64,000 bases of DNA. Source: an uncultured Spirochaetota bacterium (lineage in GTDB: Bacteria; Spirochaetota; Spirochaetia; SZUA-6; Fen-1364). A program made the position numbers and the translations under genes. Below, in pieces: positions 9,851 to 20,913 of this stretch. Each line of letters begins with the position of its first letter. Position 1 is the stretch's first letter. The stretch covers positions 192,001 to 256,000 of the forward strand of contig CAVUXE010000035.1 in the NCBI GenBank assembly GCA_963745235.1. Direction: 5' to 3'. The notes under the pieces are model-generated. The model searched no databases. It was given only the letters and a program-made list of their open reading frames with translations, and was not told the origin of the DNA.

Positions 9851-10963
9851 ATGGTATTCTCGGTTGTCCTCCTTGCCATTGCATTTCTCGTCGTTCTCAC
9901 ATTGATACTTCTCCGCCGCGCCGGCGGCGGAAAGTTTCCGTGGCTGCAATTCTATCTCAAGGGCAGGGAATCCGGCTTCGAGTTTCGAGAGATCAACCTC
10001 CTGCGCCGGGTAGCGGTGGAGTCGAAGCTCGAAAATCCCACCTCACTTTTCTGGTCAATGAAGCAGCTGGACCGTTCCATGAAGGGAATCATCCTGCGCT
10101 ACCGGTCCCGGTCGCAGGAGCAGGACCCGGAATACAACAGGCTGCTCCAGAAGCTGTTCGAGCTTCGAAAGCGGGTGGAGTTCGATCTGCCCAAGTACAA
10201 GATCGGCATCAAGAGCACCAGGAAGCTCTCGCCAAACCAGTCCCTTCGGATCATGCTCCCCGGGCTTGGTCCCTTCACCTCGGTGGTCGTGGAGAACCTC
10301 AACCGTTATCTCGCCGTTTCCTATCCCCAAGGTCCCAAGCTTCCCGAAGGCTTTTCGTGGAAGAACCAGAAGATCAACGTGTACTTCTGGAGGGCGGAAG
10401 ACGCCGGATATTACTTCCAGACAAAGGTGCTGGAGGACTACCTGGACAGGAAATACCCCATCCTGCACATCCTTCAATCCGACAACCTCGTTCGGACGCA
10501 GAAGCGCAATTCGGTGCGAGTGGAAGCAGACCTGCCGGCCGAGCTCTTCCCCATGAAAACAATTGAGCTTGCCAACGAGACCCTCGAGGAGGGGAAGGGG
10601 CTGCGGTGCAGGATCGTCGACCTTTCCGAGGGCGGCTGCGCGGTGCTCATCGGCGGGAAGGCAAAGGTGGGGCTGCCCTTGAAGCTGCAGTTCGCCCTTG
10701 GAGAAAACTCGCTGGCGATGAACGGCGTGGTCAAAGGGATCAATTTCGACGAGAAGAAAGGCCGCTCGGTCCTCCACGTGCAGGCGGTGCCCCCCAGCCC
10801 GTCAATGAGAAACAGGCTTCTGACCTACGTGTACAATCTCTTCGGAGAACGGGCGGTAGCCGGCCCTCCCCGCAAGGCGGATGCAGGCAACCGTGACGGA
10901 AAACCCGAGGGGATCATGATCAAGGCGACGCCCCCGAACCCCAACCAGTCTCCGGGAAGCTGA
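9851..10963 (+). CDS. PilZ-domain c-di-GMP-binding protein (flagellar-brake-like) with N-terminal TM
   Basis: PilZ motifs 'QKRNSVR' (RxxxR) and 'DLSEGG' (DxSxxG). Confidence 0.85.
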   Translation: MVFSVVLLAIAFLVVLTLILLRRAGGGKFPWLQFYLKGRESGFEFREINLLRRVAVESKLENPTSLFWSMKQLDRSMKGIILRYRSRSQEQDPEYNRLLQKLFELRKRVEFDLPKYKIGIKSTRKLSPNQSLRIMLPGLGPFTSVVVENLNRYLAVSYPQGPKLPEGFSWKNQKINVYFWRAEDAGYYFQTKVLEDYLDRKYPILHILQSDNLVRTQKRNSVRVEADLPAELFPMKTIELANETLEEGKGLRCRIVDLSEGGCAVLIGGKAKVGLPLKLQFALGENSLAMNGVVKGINFDEKKGRSVLHVQAVPPSPSMRNRLLTYVYNLFGERAVAGPPRKADAGNRDGKPEGIMIKATPPNPNQSPGS

Positions 10964-11036
10964 AACGCTCCGCGGCTCGATTGCCATTCGCGTCGAGTCC
11001 ATGTACTATCGGCGAATTACGTGGAGGAATGCGGAT

Positions 11037-12226
11037 ATGAAACGTGCCCTCTGGATCCTGGTCGTGCTTTCCATTCCGTTTTTTTCAGCACAGGCCCAGG
11101 AGGCGAGCAAGATACTGGACACCTATCGCCGCAATTTCACCATTGCCAGCCTGGACGTGAAAATCCAGATCCTCCAGGATGCGGCCAGCGGCAGGAACGC
11201 TGCCGACATGGGCCCCCTGTATCGAGCAGGCCCTCGAGTTCGTGACCGACAACGGCAGCCTCATGGCGAGCGATGCGCGCTTCAACCAGCTGGCGGCAAT
11301 TGCCGCCGAGCAGATAGGGGTCGTCAAGTACACCGCTTCCAAGGGCGGCCTCTGGAAGCTCTTCCAGATCGACTCCGACACGCAGACCCTGCAGAACGCC
11401 GCCGTTGCGCTGGGCGTGGTCGGCGCGGGTGATGCTGACACCATCGCCAACCTCAACCACTACGTGGACACTCAGAACAATCTCTTTCGCCGGCGGCAAG
11501 CAACCGGACATGATCGTCCTGGCCGCCTGCATGCAGGCGCTGGGGCACTGGGAGACCCCTCGTCATTCCCGATCCTTTTCAGCGCAATGAACGTCGGGTA
11601 CCCCGACAAGATCACGGCCGTTGCGAAGGACGCTCTGCTTTCCATCAAGGGTGATTTCCAGGCGCTGCTCACGGGCGTGATCAAGGAACGGCCGCTCTCG
11701 GAAAAGAGGCTCGCCCTCCAGATGGCGCTGGACAGCGACAAGCTCACGAGCGACCAGAAAGCTCAGGTCTCGCAGTTCGCCCTGGACATCAGCCTCCACT
11801 CGAGCGCGGCGGACGCGGCGGCCAAGGACGGCTTTCGCGACATGAGGTTCACGGCCGCGCGGGCCCTCGGTGACCGCGCGTGGGCCCCGGCAGCCTCGCT
11901 TCTTGTCGAGCACCTGGACACGACCATCGGTGAGTTCGACAAGGGGCTCGTGGATACGCAACCACCTGCTGGACGCCATCAGCGAGCTGGGCGCCACGGG
12001 AACGCATGATGCCGCCGTCCGGCTGACCCAGTATCTGGTGCTGATCAATTCCTACACGGAAAAGGGGAAGGCCTACGACGAGAAGGTCGTTACCTCGATC
12101 CTCAACGCCCTCGGGGCCCTCGGGGACAAGGTGGCCTTCGACGACCTGATGTACACCCAGTACTTGAACTACCCCACCGGAGTGAAGAAGGCAGCGCGCG
12201 CGGCGCTCGACAAGCTGAAGTGGTAG
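11037..12226 (+). CDS. Exported HEAT/ARM-repeat protein (frameshifted)
   Basis: RBS GGAGG, signal peptide 'MKRALWILVVLSIPFFSAQA', helical repeats ending 'ALGALGDKVAFDDLMYTQYLNYP...ALDKLKW'; indels near 11220, 11490-11550 and 11958. Confidence 0.75.
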
Positions 12227-12245
12227 GAGCGCGGCGCGGGCCCGC

Positions 12246-13724
12246 ATGCTGAGACGGCACGTCACACCCGCCGTCCTCGCCTTCTGCCTCATGCTGACGT
12301 GCTGCCTGCTTCATAACCTCCTGGCACACCGGGGAACGCTGATCGTCTGCCTCGCGGCGGCCTGTTCCGCGCCGGGGATTGTCCTGCTGCGGACGTCGGC
12401 CCCGGGCACGCGGCGCGCGGGCATTCTCTTCCTTTCGGCCGGCGCGGGTTGCATCCTCGGGCTGTGGTCGGTACAGCGCATGGCTCAGGAGCCGTCCCGT
12501 GCGTACCTTCCGTTCCCGGAAACCGAGGTGTCCTCGTTCACGGGTTTCCTGGTGCGGGACAGCGTTCTTTCAACCCGGGGGGACACGATCCTCCGGCTTT
12601 CCCTGAAGGACGCGGCTTCGCGGACTCGGGGAGTCACGGCGGGGGCCCGGGGGAAAGTGCTGGTCAGGGTACGGGGCGACTATCGTTTTTCCCTTGGGCA
12701 GGAGCTGACTCTCAACGCCGGGCTCGCGCGCCTTGACGCCTCAACGGGTGAAACCTGGACGGCCGTGGGAGACAGAAAAGACCTGCTGCGTCGCGGCTTC
12801 TCTTTCCCACTGTGGTCCCTGAGGGCGGAGGCGAGGGACTGGCTTCACCGGGCCGTCTCCCGCGCCGGCTACCCGGCATCTGCTCTCATGGAAGCGCTCC
12901 TGATCGGCAGCAGGGAGGACGTTCCTCCCGACCTCCATGACGGCTTCAAGCGGACTGGAAGCCTGCACATCCTTGCCCTCTCGGGACTGCACGTCAGCGT
13001 GCTGTACGCGTTGCTGCTGGGGATCCTCGGCTTTCTGCGCGGCAAGGCTTTGAAGCTCCTCATCGCCACCCTGGTTCTCGTGTTCTACCAGGTCCTGGCG
13101 GGGTTCATGCCATCACTCCTGCGGGCCACTATCATGATCATCCTTGCGGGGATCGGCATGCTGCTGGACAGGGACGGAGAACCGCTCAATCTGCTCGCCC
13201 TTTCAGGGATCGCTGTCCTTTTTGCAAGCCCCGGGGAATCCTTCTCTCTTTCGTTTCAGCTTTCCTATCTCGCGCTTTTCGGCATTCTCGCGGTGGGACC
13301 GGTCATCCAGAGACTCCTGCAGGCGCGGATCCCGAAAATCATCCTTGCGCCGCTGGCCATGTCCGTTGGAGCGCAGATTGCCACTTTTCCCCTCGTGGTC
13401 GGCCAATTCGGCGTCTACTATCCTTCGGGGCTCCTGGCGGGGCTCCTCCTTGTTCCGCTCACAACCGCAGTGCTCTGGGGCGCCCTGGGATGGCTCGTGG
13501 TCTTTGTCGTTCCGTGGCCGTTGCTTCACGACCTGGGAGCGCAGGGATTTTCCCTTCTCTACGGGGCGATTGAGAAAGTCGCCGCAACTTTCGGTCAGCT
13601 GCCGGCAATGACGTTGAGCGCTCAGGCCTTGCCATGGTCCATCGCGCTTTCAATAGTATTCATGGGGGCCCTGGCAATCCTGGTGCCGGGCCGCAGAAGG
13701 GCAGAGAAAGCGCGGTTTCCGTGA
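12246..13724 (+). CDS. comEC: ComEC/Rec2 competence membrane protein
   Basis: 'GSLHILALSGLHV', 'PSLLRATIM', 'SLSFQLSY'. Confidence 0.9.
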   Translation: MLRRHVTPAVLAFCLMLTCCLLHNLLAHRGTLIVCLAAACSAPGIVLLRTSAPGTRRAGILFLSAGAGCILGLWSVQRMAQEPSRAYLPFPETEVSSFTGFLVRDSVLSTRGDTILRLSLKDAASRTRGVTAGARGKVLVRVRGDYRFSLGQELTLNAGLARLDASTGETWTAVGDRKDLLRRGFSFPLWSLRAEARDWLHRAVSRAGYPASALMEALLIGSREDVPPDLHDGFKRTGSLHILALSGLHVSVLYALLLGILGFLRGKALKLLIATLVLVFYQVLAGFMPSLLRATIMIILAGIGMLLDRDGEPLNLLALSGIAVLFASPGESFSLSFQLSYLALFGILAVGPVIQRLLQARIPKIILAPLAMSVGAQIATFPLVVGQFGVYYPSGLLAGLLLVPLTTAVLWGALGWLVVFVVPWPLLHDLGAQGFSLLYGAIEKVAATFGQLPAMTLSAQALPWSIALSIVFMGALAILVPGRRRAEKARFP

Positions 13725-14605
13725 ACCACGATTCGCCCTCCGAGATACGAGCCGAGCTGCAACGGCGCGGCTTGACCCTCAAGAAGCGCTGGGGCCAGAA
13801 CTTCCTCATCAACCGCGGAGCACGGGAATCCCTGATGGGATGGCTTTCGCCGGCGGAAGGAGATCTCGTCTGGGAGATCGGCCCCGGTCTCGGCGCAATG
13901 ACCGAGCTCCTGTTGAAGAAAGGCGCGCGGGCGGTCGTCTTCGAGGTGGACCGCGGATTGTGCAGATACCTGGAGGAGGTCTTCGGCGGGCAAAGCGGGT
14001 TTTCTCTCGTCCCGGGAGATTTCGTAAAGACATGGCGGGAAGCGCTCCACGCGCACGGCGCTCCCGGGCTCCTCCTGGGCAACCTTCCGTATCGCTCAGC
14101 CTCCCTCATGGTGGCTGACATCATCCAGGGCGGATTGCGCCCACGGCGCGTGGTGGTGACGCTGCAGCGAGAGGCCGCGGAGCGGATGTGCTCTCCGCCT
14201 GCCCGCAAGTCCTACTCGTCATTTTCGGTCCTTTGCCAGGCGGTGTTCAAGGTGCGCGCCCTCGGTGATCTCAAGCCGGGGAGCTTCTATCCGGCGCCCG
14301 AGGTCGTTTCCACGGCAGTCGAGCTGACCCCGCGGGAAGACGCTCCGGACGGGACTTCGCTCACGGTCCTGAGCGCCATCACGCGCAGCCTGTTCGCGGC
14401 GCGAAGAAAGACGATCCGCAACAACATGGCTGCCGCATTGCTGCCGGCGGGAATAAGACCTGAGGACGCGTTGAAAGCCTTCGAGAGGGAAGGGGTTGAC
14501 CCGGGGGCCCGCGCGGAGGAGCTTCCTCCTGACACCTTCCTGCGGACGGCGAAGGCGCTCGCGGCCCGCATGTCTCAGGATCTCAGAGAACCTTCAAGTC
14601 CTTGA
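13721..14605 (+). CDS. rsmA: 16S rRNA m6,2A dimethyltransferase
   Basis: 'KKRWGQNFL', 'WEIGPGLGAMT', 'GNLPY', 'FYPAPEVVS'; GTG start overlaps comEC stop. Confidence 0.95.
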   Translation: MNHDSPSEIRAELQRRGLTLKKRWGQNFLINRGARESLMGWLSPAEGDLVWEIGPGLGAMTELLLKKGARAVVFEVDRGLCRYLEEVFGGQSGFSLVPGDFVKTWREALHAHGAPGLLLGNLPYRSASLMVADIIQGGLRPRRVVVTLQREAAERMCSPPARKSYSSFSVLCQAVFKVRALGDLKPGSFYPAPEVVSTAVELTPREDAPDGTSLTVLSAITRSLFAARRKTIRNNMAAALLPAGIRPEDALKAFEREGVDPGARAEELPPDTFLRTAKALAARMSQDLREPSSP

Positions 14606-15461
14606 GTGTCGCGGCGAGAGCTTCCCGGTTTTTCGGCGTCATCCGGCACATGGGCAGGCGATAGACTTCCGGCATCATCCCCTTCATGGCAAGGGCCGCT
14701 TTGACCGGGATGGGATTCGTCTCGATGAACATGGCCTTGAACAACGGCAGAAGCTCGTAATGCATCCTGCGGGCAGCGTCCCAGTCACCTTTCAGGGCCG
14801 CGCCGACGAACTTCGCCATCCGCTCGGGGACGATGTTGCTGACAACGGAGACCACGCCCTTGCCGCCGAGGGCCATCAGGGGGAAGACCAGGTTGTCGTC
14901 CCCCGACAGCACGGTGAAGTCCGCCGGCTTGCGGGAGATCAGGTCCATCATCTGCGAGATGTCGCCGCTCGCTTCCTTGACCGCGACGATGTTGCGGTGC
15001 TTTGCCAGGTCCAGCATGGTCGGGGTGTCGATGTTCCTCGCCGTGCGGCCCGCGATGTTGTAGACCACCAGCGGGAGGTCCACCGCGTCCGCCACGGCGC
15101 GGAAGTGCAGAAGGATGCCATCGTTTGTCGGCTTGTTGTAATACGGCGTCACCTGCAGCGTGCCATCCGCCCCGGCTTCCTTCGCTTCCCGTGCGTAGTG
15201 AATGGCTTCCTTCGTGTTGTTGGAGCCGGCACCGCCGATGACGGGGACGCGGCCCCGCGCCTGCTCCACGACAACCTGGATGACGCGCCGGCATTCTTCC
15301 CCATCCAGGGTGGGGCTCTCCCCGGTGGTGCCCACGGGCACCAGGCCCTGCACGCCGCCCTCTATCTGGAAGTCAACGAGCCTGCGCAGCGACTTCTCGT
15401 CCACTTTCCCGTCATCCGTCATGGGGGTGACGAGCGCGGTGAAAACGCCTTCCAGCTTCAT
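14583..15461 (-). CDS. dapA: 4-hydroxy-tetrahydrodipicolinate synthase
   Basis: 'GTTGESPTL', 'TPYYNKP', 'YNIAGRT', 'KEASGD', 'ETNPIPVK'. Confidence 0.95.
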   Translation of the reverse strand: MKLEGVFTALVTPMTDDGKVDEKSLRRLVDFQIEGGVQGLVPVGTTGESPTLDGEECRRVIQVVVEQARGRVPVIGGAGSNNTKEAIHYAREAKEAGADGTLQVTPYYNKPTNDGILLHFRAVADAVDLPLVVYNIAGRTARNIDTPTMLDLAKHRNIVAVKEASGDISQMMDLISRKPADFTVLSGDDNLVFPLMALGGKGVVSVVSNIVPERMAKFVGAALKGDWDAARRMHYELLPLFKAMFIETNPIPVKAALAMKGMMPEVYRLPMCRMTPKNREALAATLKDLKVL

Positions 15462-16216
15462 GGTGTCTTCCTCCCGAAAATGTCCTGGATGAAATCAGTG
15501 ACTTCGAAGAGGCCCGTCTTCCCCTGGATCCATTCAGCCGCGCGGACGGCCCCAACCGCCAACCCGACCCTGTTCCGCGCCGAATGAGTGAGCTCGATGG
15601 TGTCAAAGGGGGAGTCCAGGAGCACGGTGTGGATGCCCGGGACATCGCCTCCCCGCACGGAGGCAAAATGAAGCTCCTCCGGCCCGGGGGCCCGGTCCAG
15701 CTTGTCCGTGACCAGCCTCTTCTTGCGGGCGTGCGTGGACGTTATGATCTTTGCCAGGCTCAGCGCAGTGCCGGACGGAGAGTCCTTCTTTCTCCTGTGG
15801 TGCACTTCCCAGCCCAGGATGTCGTATTCAGGGAAAGGATTGGAAAGCTCCGTGGCGGCCGCCACGAGCGCGAAGAACAGGTGCGCCCCGATGGAAAAGT
15901 TGCTGCCGTAGACGAGCCCGGTCTTCCCGCCCGAGACGATGGACTTCAGCTCATCCAGCTTCCCGTACCACCCCGTGGTGCCGACCACGGCGCTCACGCC
16001 GAAGCGCGCATAGATGCGGGCGTTTTCCAGGACCGCCTCCGCATGGGAGAACTCGATTGCGGCGTCAACTCCTCGGGCCATTTCCTCCGTCAGAGACGGG
16101 GCATCCGCGGCGTCCTGCTTCGGATCGATTCGCGCCGCAATCTCGTGACCCCGGGAGCGCAGGACGCGCTCCACCTCCTGCCCCATGCTCCCATACCCGA
16201 TGATCGCGACTCTCAT
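15458..16216 (-). CDS. dapB: 4-hydroxy-tetrahydrodipicolinate reductase
   Basis: 'IIGYGSMG', 'VGTTGW', 'EVHHRRKKDSPSGTA'; start ATG 16216. Confidence 0.95.
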   Translation of the reverse strand: MRVAIIGYGSMGQEVERVLRSRGHEIAARIDPKQDAADAPSLTEEMARGVDAAIEFSHAEAVLENARIYARFGVSAVVGTTGWYGKLDELKSIVSGGKTGLVYGSNFSIGAHLFFALVAAATELSNPFPEYDILGWEVHHRRKKDSPSGTALSLAKIITSTHARKKRLVTDKLDRAPGPEELHFASVRGGDVPGIHTVLLDSPFDTIELTHSARNRVGLAVGAVRAAEWIQGKTGLFEVTDFIQDIFGRKTP

Positions 16217-16254
16217 GGTCCGGGCATGATAGTGCGGGGGGCTCGAGAGATCAA

Positions 16255-17259
16255 CTATCCTTTTTGCGATTGGACCAGGGTCACCACGGAGGTGTTGACC
16301 ACGTCGTCCACGGAGCACCCCCGCGAGAGATCGCTCACCGGCTTTGCGAACCCCTGGAGGAAGGGCCCATAGGCCTCCGCGCCGGCAAACCGCTGGACCA
16401 GCTTGTAGCCGATGTTGCCGCTCTGCAGGTCAGGGAAGATCAGCGTGTTGGCCTTGCCGGCAACGGGCGACCCGGGAGCCTTCTTTGCCGCCACCGAGGG
16501 CACCAGGGCCGCGTCTGCCTGCATCTCTCCGTCGACCATCAGGCGGGGATCCTTCTGGCGGACCAAGGCCAGGGCGGATGTCACCTTGTCCACGAGGGCG
16601 TGAGTTGCGCTCCCTTTGGTCGAGAATGAAAGCAGGGCCACCATGGGCTCCGCCTTGAGAAAGGTCCGGCAGGACAGCGCGGAGGACAGGGCGATGTCTG
16701 CAAGCTGCTCCGGCGTGGGGTCAGGCACAACGGCGCAGTCGGCAAAGATCATGTGGCCGTCGATTCCCCACTTCGAGCCGGGCAGGTACATCACGAAACA
16801 GGAGGAGGCGGTCTTGATCCCGGGGCTCGTCTTGACGATGGTGAGGGCCGCGCGGAGGACTTTTGCCGTCTCGCTGTCCGCGCCGGACACCATGGCGTCC
16901 GCTCTTCCCTTGCGCATCATCATGGCCCCCCAGTGTTGGGTGTCGCCCATGAAAACTCTCTCAGCCTCGTCCCGGCTGATCCCCTTGGCCTTGCGCAGCT
17001 CGAAATATTCGTCGACATACCCTGACCGCAGGGACGATGTAGCGGGCTCTTCCACGATCAACCCGGACAGGCTCACGCCCTGCTTCCGGGCCTCTGCTTC
17101 GATCTCCTTCACGGTCCCCAGAAGCGTGACTTCCTTTGCGAAGCCCCCGTCCATGATGAGCCGGGCCGCCTTCAGGGTGCGCGGCTCATAGCCCTCGGGC
17201 AGCACGAGCCTGCGCGGGTCGGATTTCGCCTTCGCGCGCATTTCTTCAATGAAGTTCAT
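16255..17259 (-). CDS. pta: Phosphate acetyltransferase (short type)
   Basis: 'LVLPEG', 'ADCAVVPDP', 'LSFSTKGSA', '[10 protein letters not shown]', '[12 protein letters not shown]', 'DLSRGCS'. Confidence 0.95.
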   Translation of the reverse strand: MNFIEEMRAKAKSDPRRLVLPEGYEPRTLKAARLIMDGGFAKEVTLLGTVKEIEAEARKQGVSLSGLIVEEPATSSLRSGYVDEYFELRKAKGISRDEAERVFMGDTQHWGAMMMRKGRADAMVSGADSETAKVLRAALTIVKTSPGIKTASSCFVMYLPGSKWGIDGHMIFADCAVVPDPTPEQLADIALSSALSCRTFLKAEPMVALLSFSTKGSATHALVDKVTSALALVRQKDPRLMVDGEMQADAALVPSVAAKKAPGSPVAGKANTLIFPDLQSGNIGYKLVQRFAGAEAYGPFLQGFAKPVSDLSRGCSVDDVVNTSVVTLVQSQKG

Positions 17260-17329
17260 GGTGGGCTCCTTTATTTTCCGTGTGCCCGACAGTATAACTT
17301 TTTCCCGGAAAACTGCAATAATCGCGTGC

Positions 17330-18064
17330 ATGACCATCGGCGTGTATGGCTTGGGAAGGTTCGGGTATTTCTGGGCAGAGCAGCTGGCGGGCCACGCGTC
17401 CGTGTGCGCGTACTCGCGAGACCCCGCGCGCCTTGTCCCCAGGGGAGTCAGAAGAGTGGGGGAGGACGAGCTCCTCTCTCTCCCCGTGATATCCCTTTGC
17501 GTCGCCATATCTTCCCTGGAAGAGGTCCTGGAAAGGGCTCGGTTGCGCCTTTCACCCGGCGCCCTCGTCATGGACACCTGTTCCGTGAAGAGCTACCCCG
17601 TTGCGTTGATGCAGCGGCTGCTTCCTGACTCGGTATCGGTCCTGGGGACCCACCCGATGTTCGGACCGGATTCGGCAAGGAACGGGATGAACGGCCTTCC
17701 GCTCATCCTGTGTCCCGCGCGCCTGGCCATTTCGGAGACAGAGCGGTGGCGGGCGTTCTTCACGTCCATGGGGCTGGCAGTGTCGGTCATGTCTCCGGAC
17801 GAGCATGACCGGGAGGCTGCGTTCACGCAGGGAGTAGCGCATTACATCGGGCGCGTGCTCTCGGACTTCGGGATCCGCCGCTCTTCCATCGGGACCGTGG
17901 GATTCAACAAGCTCCTGGAGATAGTAGAGCAGACCTGCAACGATCCCTGGCAGCTTTTCCTGGACTTGCAGCGATACAACCCCTACACGAAGGAAATGCG
18001 CTCCCGGCTCTCGAAATCCCTGGCTTCCGTGATGGGGGCAATCGGCGATTCGCAATTGCCTTGA
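17330..18064 (+). CDS. tyrA: Prephenate/arogenate dehydrogenase
   Basis: 'GVYGLGRFG', 'DTCSVK', 'THPMFGP', 'EHDREAA'. Confidence 0.85.
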   Translation: MTIGVYGLGRFGYFWAEQLAGHASVCAYSRDPARLVPRGVRRVGEDELLSLPVISLCVAISSLEEVLERARLRLSPGALVMDTCSVKSYPVALMQRLLPDSVSVLGTHPMFGPDSARNGMNGLPLILCPARLAISETERWRAFFTSMGLAVSVMSPDEHDREAAFTQGVAHYIGRVLSDFGIRRSSIGTVGFNKLLEIVEQTCNDPWQLFLDLQRYNPYTKEMRSRLSKSLASVMGAIGDSQLP

Positions 18065-18089
18065 CATGTCAGGAGGCGGCAGATAGGCT
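18061..18089 (+). promoter_or_regulatory. Putative sigma70 promoter for the bactofilin-TPR-mtaB operon
   Basis: TTGACA, 17 bp, TAGGCT. Confidence 0.55.
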
Positions 18090-18112
18090 AGGAGACATGA
18101 ACGGAGACTTGC

Positions 18113-18826
18113 ATGGCTGAGGTCAGGATCAAGGACATTGACGAGCACGAGATAGACACGATCCTCGCGGAGGACATCGATTTCGAGGGGCACCTGACAT
18201 TCAAGAAGCCGCTGATGATAAAGGGAAAGTTCAAGGGGGAAATCAAGTCCACAAGCGCGCTGTACATCGGGGAGAAGGCGTACGTGGAGGCCACAACGGA
18301 GGCAGACGTTGTCTCCGCGAAGGGTAGGCACAAGGGCGACATCCGGGGCCACTCGCGCGTGGAGCTCTTTTCAACGTCGCAGGTGGATGGTGACATCACA
18401 ACTCCGGATTTTGTAGTTGAGAGCGGCTGCAAATTCAATGGAAACTGCAACATGAGCGGTGAGCCCGCCAGGAAAAACGGCGCAGCTGCGCCGGGCACTG
18501 AAGCGCCACGAGCAAACACTGAAGCGCCGAAGGGAAGTGCAGAGCCGCCAAGGGGAAACGCAGAGCCGCCAAGGGGAAGCGCAGAGCCGCCAAGGGGAAG
18601 CGCAGAGCCGCCAAGGGGAAGCGCAGAGCCGCCAAGGGCAGGCAACTCAGCCGCGCCCGGCGCCCAGCCAAGAACCGGCACGGACCCGTCACGCAGCGCT
18701 CCGGAGGCACCCCGAAACCCGGAGGTCCACCGAACGCCCGGAGGGCCGCAGCCTCAGCAACAGAAGCCGCCGTTTCCCCCGGGCGTTTCCGGCGGCCAGG
18801 GCGGCGCGGGGGGCGGACAGAAATGA
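18113..18826 (+). CDS. Bactofilin (polymer-forming cytoskeletal protein) with disordered repeat tail
   Basis: Beta-helix 'TILAEDIDFEGHLTF...IKGKFKGEI...GDITTPDFVVESGCKFNGNCNM'. Confidence 0.9.
   Translation: MAEVRIKDIDEHEIDTILAEDIDFEGHLTFKKPLMIKGKFKGEIKSTSALYIGEKAYVEATTEADVVSAKGRHKGDIRGHSRVELFSTSQVDGDITTPDFVVESGCKFNGNCNMSGEPARKNGAAAPGTEAPRANTEAPKGSAEPPRGNAEPPRGSAEPPRGSAEPPRGSAEPPRAGNSAAPGAQPRTGTDPSRSAPEAPRNPEVHRTPGGPQPQQQKPPFPPGVSGGQGGAGGGQK
18497..18640 (+). repeat. In-frame 21-bp tandem repeat (about 5 near-perfect plus 2 degenerate units) encoding (GSAEPPR)n
   Basis: GCAGAGCCGCCAAGGGGAA(G/A)C units at 18539, 18560, 18581, 18602 and 18623 (partial); degenerate ACTGAAGCGCC units at 18497 and 18518. 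Confidence 0.95.
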
Positions 18827-19459
18827 AGTGCCGCGGCATCGTTGTCTTTCTGCTTGCCCGGCCTGCTGTTTTCCGGTGCATCGGCCTTTGCCCAGGACAA
18901 GCCTGATGCGCTGGAGCTCTACAGGGCCAACCGGTACGAGGACGCCATCAAGGTCTGTCAGCAGGAGCTCGCCGAGTCGCCGAAAAGCATAGACTCCCAT
19001 GTCGTCATGGGGTGGTCGTACCTGCGCTTGAAGAGATACCAAGACGCCCTGGACATCGGCCAGAAGGCCCTCGACATCAATCCGAACGACCCGAGGGTCA
19101 TCGAGATCGTGGGGGAGGCGCAGGCGTTTCTTGGCAAGACAACGGACGCCCTCAAGAACCTGGAAGAGTATGTCGCGCTGCGGCCGGACGGTGACCGCAT
19201 TGCCAGAGTCTACTGGCTGATGGGGGAAGTCTACGTCAGCCTCAAGGAGTACCAGAACGCGGACATCGCAATCTCCACGGCGCTGTACTACGAGCAGAAC
19301 AACAGCCAGTGGTGGTCCCGCCTGGGCTGGGACCGCGAGCTGGCAGGGGACTGGAAGTGGGCATCTGATGCCTACGGACATGCCCTGAAGCTTGATCCAA
19401 ACCTCGTGGATGCCCAGAGGGGCAAGGACAGGGTCGACAAGAAGCTCAATGGCGGATGA
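18823..19459 (+). CDS. Exported tetratricopeptide-repeat protein (likely indel in the signal peptide)
   Basis: TPR helices 'YQDALDIGQKALDINPND', 'YGHALKLDPN'; ATG 18823 overlaps the bactofilin stop but is out of frame with the body. Confidence 0.8.
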
Positions 19460-20808
19460 GGATCGGCTTTTGCACCCTCGGGTGCAAGCTCAACCAATAC
19501 GAGACAGAGGCTCTTGCATCGTCCTTCCGCGGACAGGGACATGTCGTCGTATCAGCGGACGATGATGCCGAGGCGTATGTAGTCAACACGTGCACGGTGA
19601 CCGGGCGCGCGGATCACAAGTCCCGCGCGGCGGTGCGCAGTCTCTCACGAAGACATCCGCAATCGCTCCTCATTGTAACAGGCTGCTCTGCCCAACTGGA
19701 AGCGGAAGTCCTTTCCTCGCTGGCTGGGAACATCCTTGTCGTCCCGCAGTCGGCAAAGGGAGAGCTCCTGTCCCTGGCGGAACGCGTCGGGCGGGCGGAG
19801 GACATTCAGGCCGGTCTCTCCCGGCTTCGCGAGGGTTCCAGCCCTGCGCCGCAGGACCCCTTCGCTTTCCGCGTCAGCCGGCTCAGCTTCCATACCCGGG
19901 CCTACCTCAAGGTGCAGGACGGCTGCGACTCCTGGTGTGCGTATTGCCGCGTGCCGCAGGCGCGGGGGCCTTCACGGAGCCTGGACGTCGAAGAGGTGAT
20001 GCGCCGCGCTGCCGAGCTTGAATCCCAGGGGCATCGGGAAGTCGTGATTACGGGAGTCAACATCTCTTCCTACCGCTGCAGGGACGTCCTTCTCCCTCGG
20101 CTCATCCGGGAGCTCCTTGACTCGACGCACCGCTTACGGTTCCGCCTGTCCTCGCTGGAACCTGAGTCCCTCACGGATGAGCTCGCTCGAAGCCTGTCGA
20201 ATGCCAGGGTCTGCGCTCATTTCCATGTGCCTGTGCAGTCCGGATCGGACCGGGTCCTGGCGCGAATGAAGCGCCGCTACCAGGCGGCCCGTGTGCTGGA
20301 CGGTGTGCGGCTGCTTCGCGAGGCGCGAGGCAACCCGTTCATAGCAGCTGACTTCATCACGGGATTCCCTGGCGAGAGCGCGGAAGATCACCTCGAAAGC
20401 GTCCGGCTGATCGAGACTGTCGGGCTGGCGGCGCTGCACGTCTTTCCATTCTCCTCCCGTCCCGGCACGGCGGCGGCCGGGATCCGTCCCCCGGTGCCCC
20501 AGCGCCTCCGCGATGAGCGCGCCCGAGAGCTTGCCGGCATTTCTCGAAACCTTCTGGACAGCTACTCGCGGACATGGATGGGAAGGGAAGTGGAAGTGCT
20601 TGTTGAGGAGTGCGACGGGGAGGCGCCAGCGGGAGAAGGACAGGCCCAAGCCGCACAGGCCCGCTGCCCCGCCCGAGGGGTCTCAGGGAACTACCTCAAG
20701 GTCATGATTGATGACGCGCCGAGGGAGAACCTCAAGGGAAGCATCGTCCGCGCCCGGCTCACCGCTCCCGGGGAAGTCTGCAAAGCCTCGTTTGTCTCTC
20801 CGGCCTGA
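19456..20808 (+). CDS. mtaB: tRNA t6A37 methylthiotransferase (radical SAM)
   Basis: 'TLGCKLNQYE', 'VNTCTVT', 'KVQDGCDSWCAYC', 'HVFPFSSRPGT'. Confidence 0.9.
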   Translation: MRIGFCTLGCKLNQYETEALASSFRGQGHVVVSADDDAEAYVVNTCTVTGRADHKSRAAVRSLSRRHPQSLLIVTGCSAQLEAEVLSSLAGNILVVPQSAKGELLSLAERVGRAEDIQAGLSRLREGSSPAPQDPFAFRVSRLSFHTRAYLKVQDGCDSWCAYCRVPQARGPSRSLDVEEVMRRAAELESQGHREVVITGVNISSYRCRDVLLPRLIRELLDSTHRLRFRLSSLEPESLTDELARSLSNARVCAHFHVPVQSGSDRVLARMKRRYQAARVLDGVRLLREARGNPFIAADFITGFPGESAEDHLESVRLIETVGLAALHVFPFSSRPGTAAAGIRPPVPQRLRDERARELAGISRNLLDSYSRTWMGREVEVLVEECDGEAPAGEGQAQAAQARCPARGVSGNYLKVMIDDAPRENLKGSIVRARLTAPGEVCKASFVSPA

Positions 20809-20913
20809 TCCGGCCTGACCTTTTTTGGCAAATGATCCTGCCCTGAGCTATAATCAAATACGAACAATCATCAAGTGCGTCGGTGTTGTATTGAATGGGA
20901 CGGAGGTCATTGG

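Noticed and set aside
18497-18640. Direct repeats as a possible CRISPR array
   Set aside because: Contiguous 21-bp units without spacers, in frame within a CDS, and no cas genes.
20800-20828. Rho-independent terminator after mtaB
   Set aside because: A T-tract is present but is preceded by a direct repeat (CCGGCCTGA x2), not a convincing hairpin.
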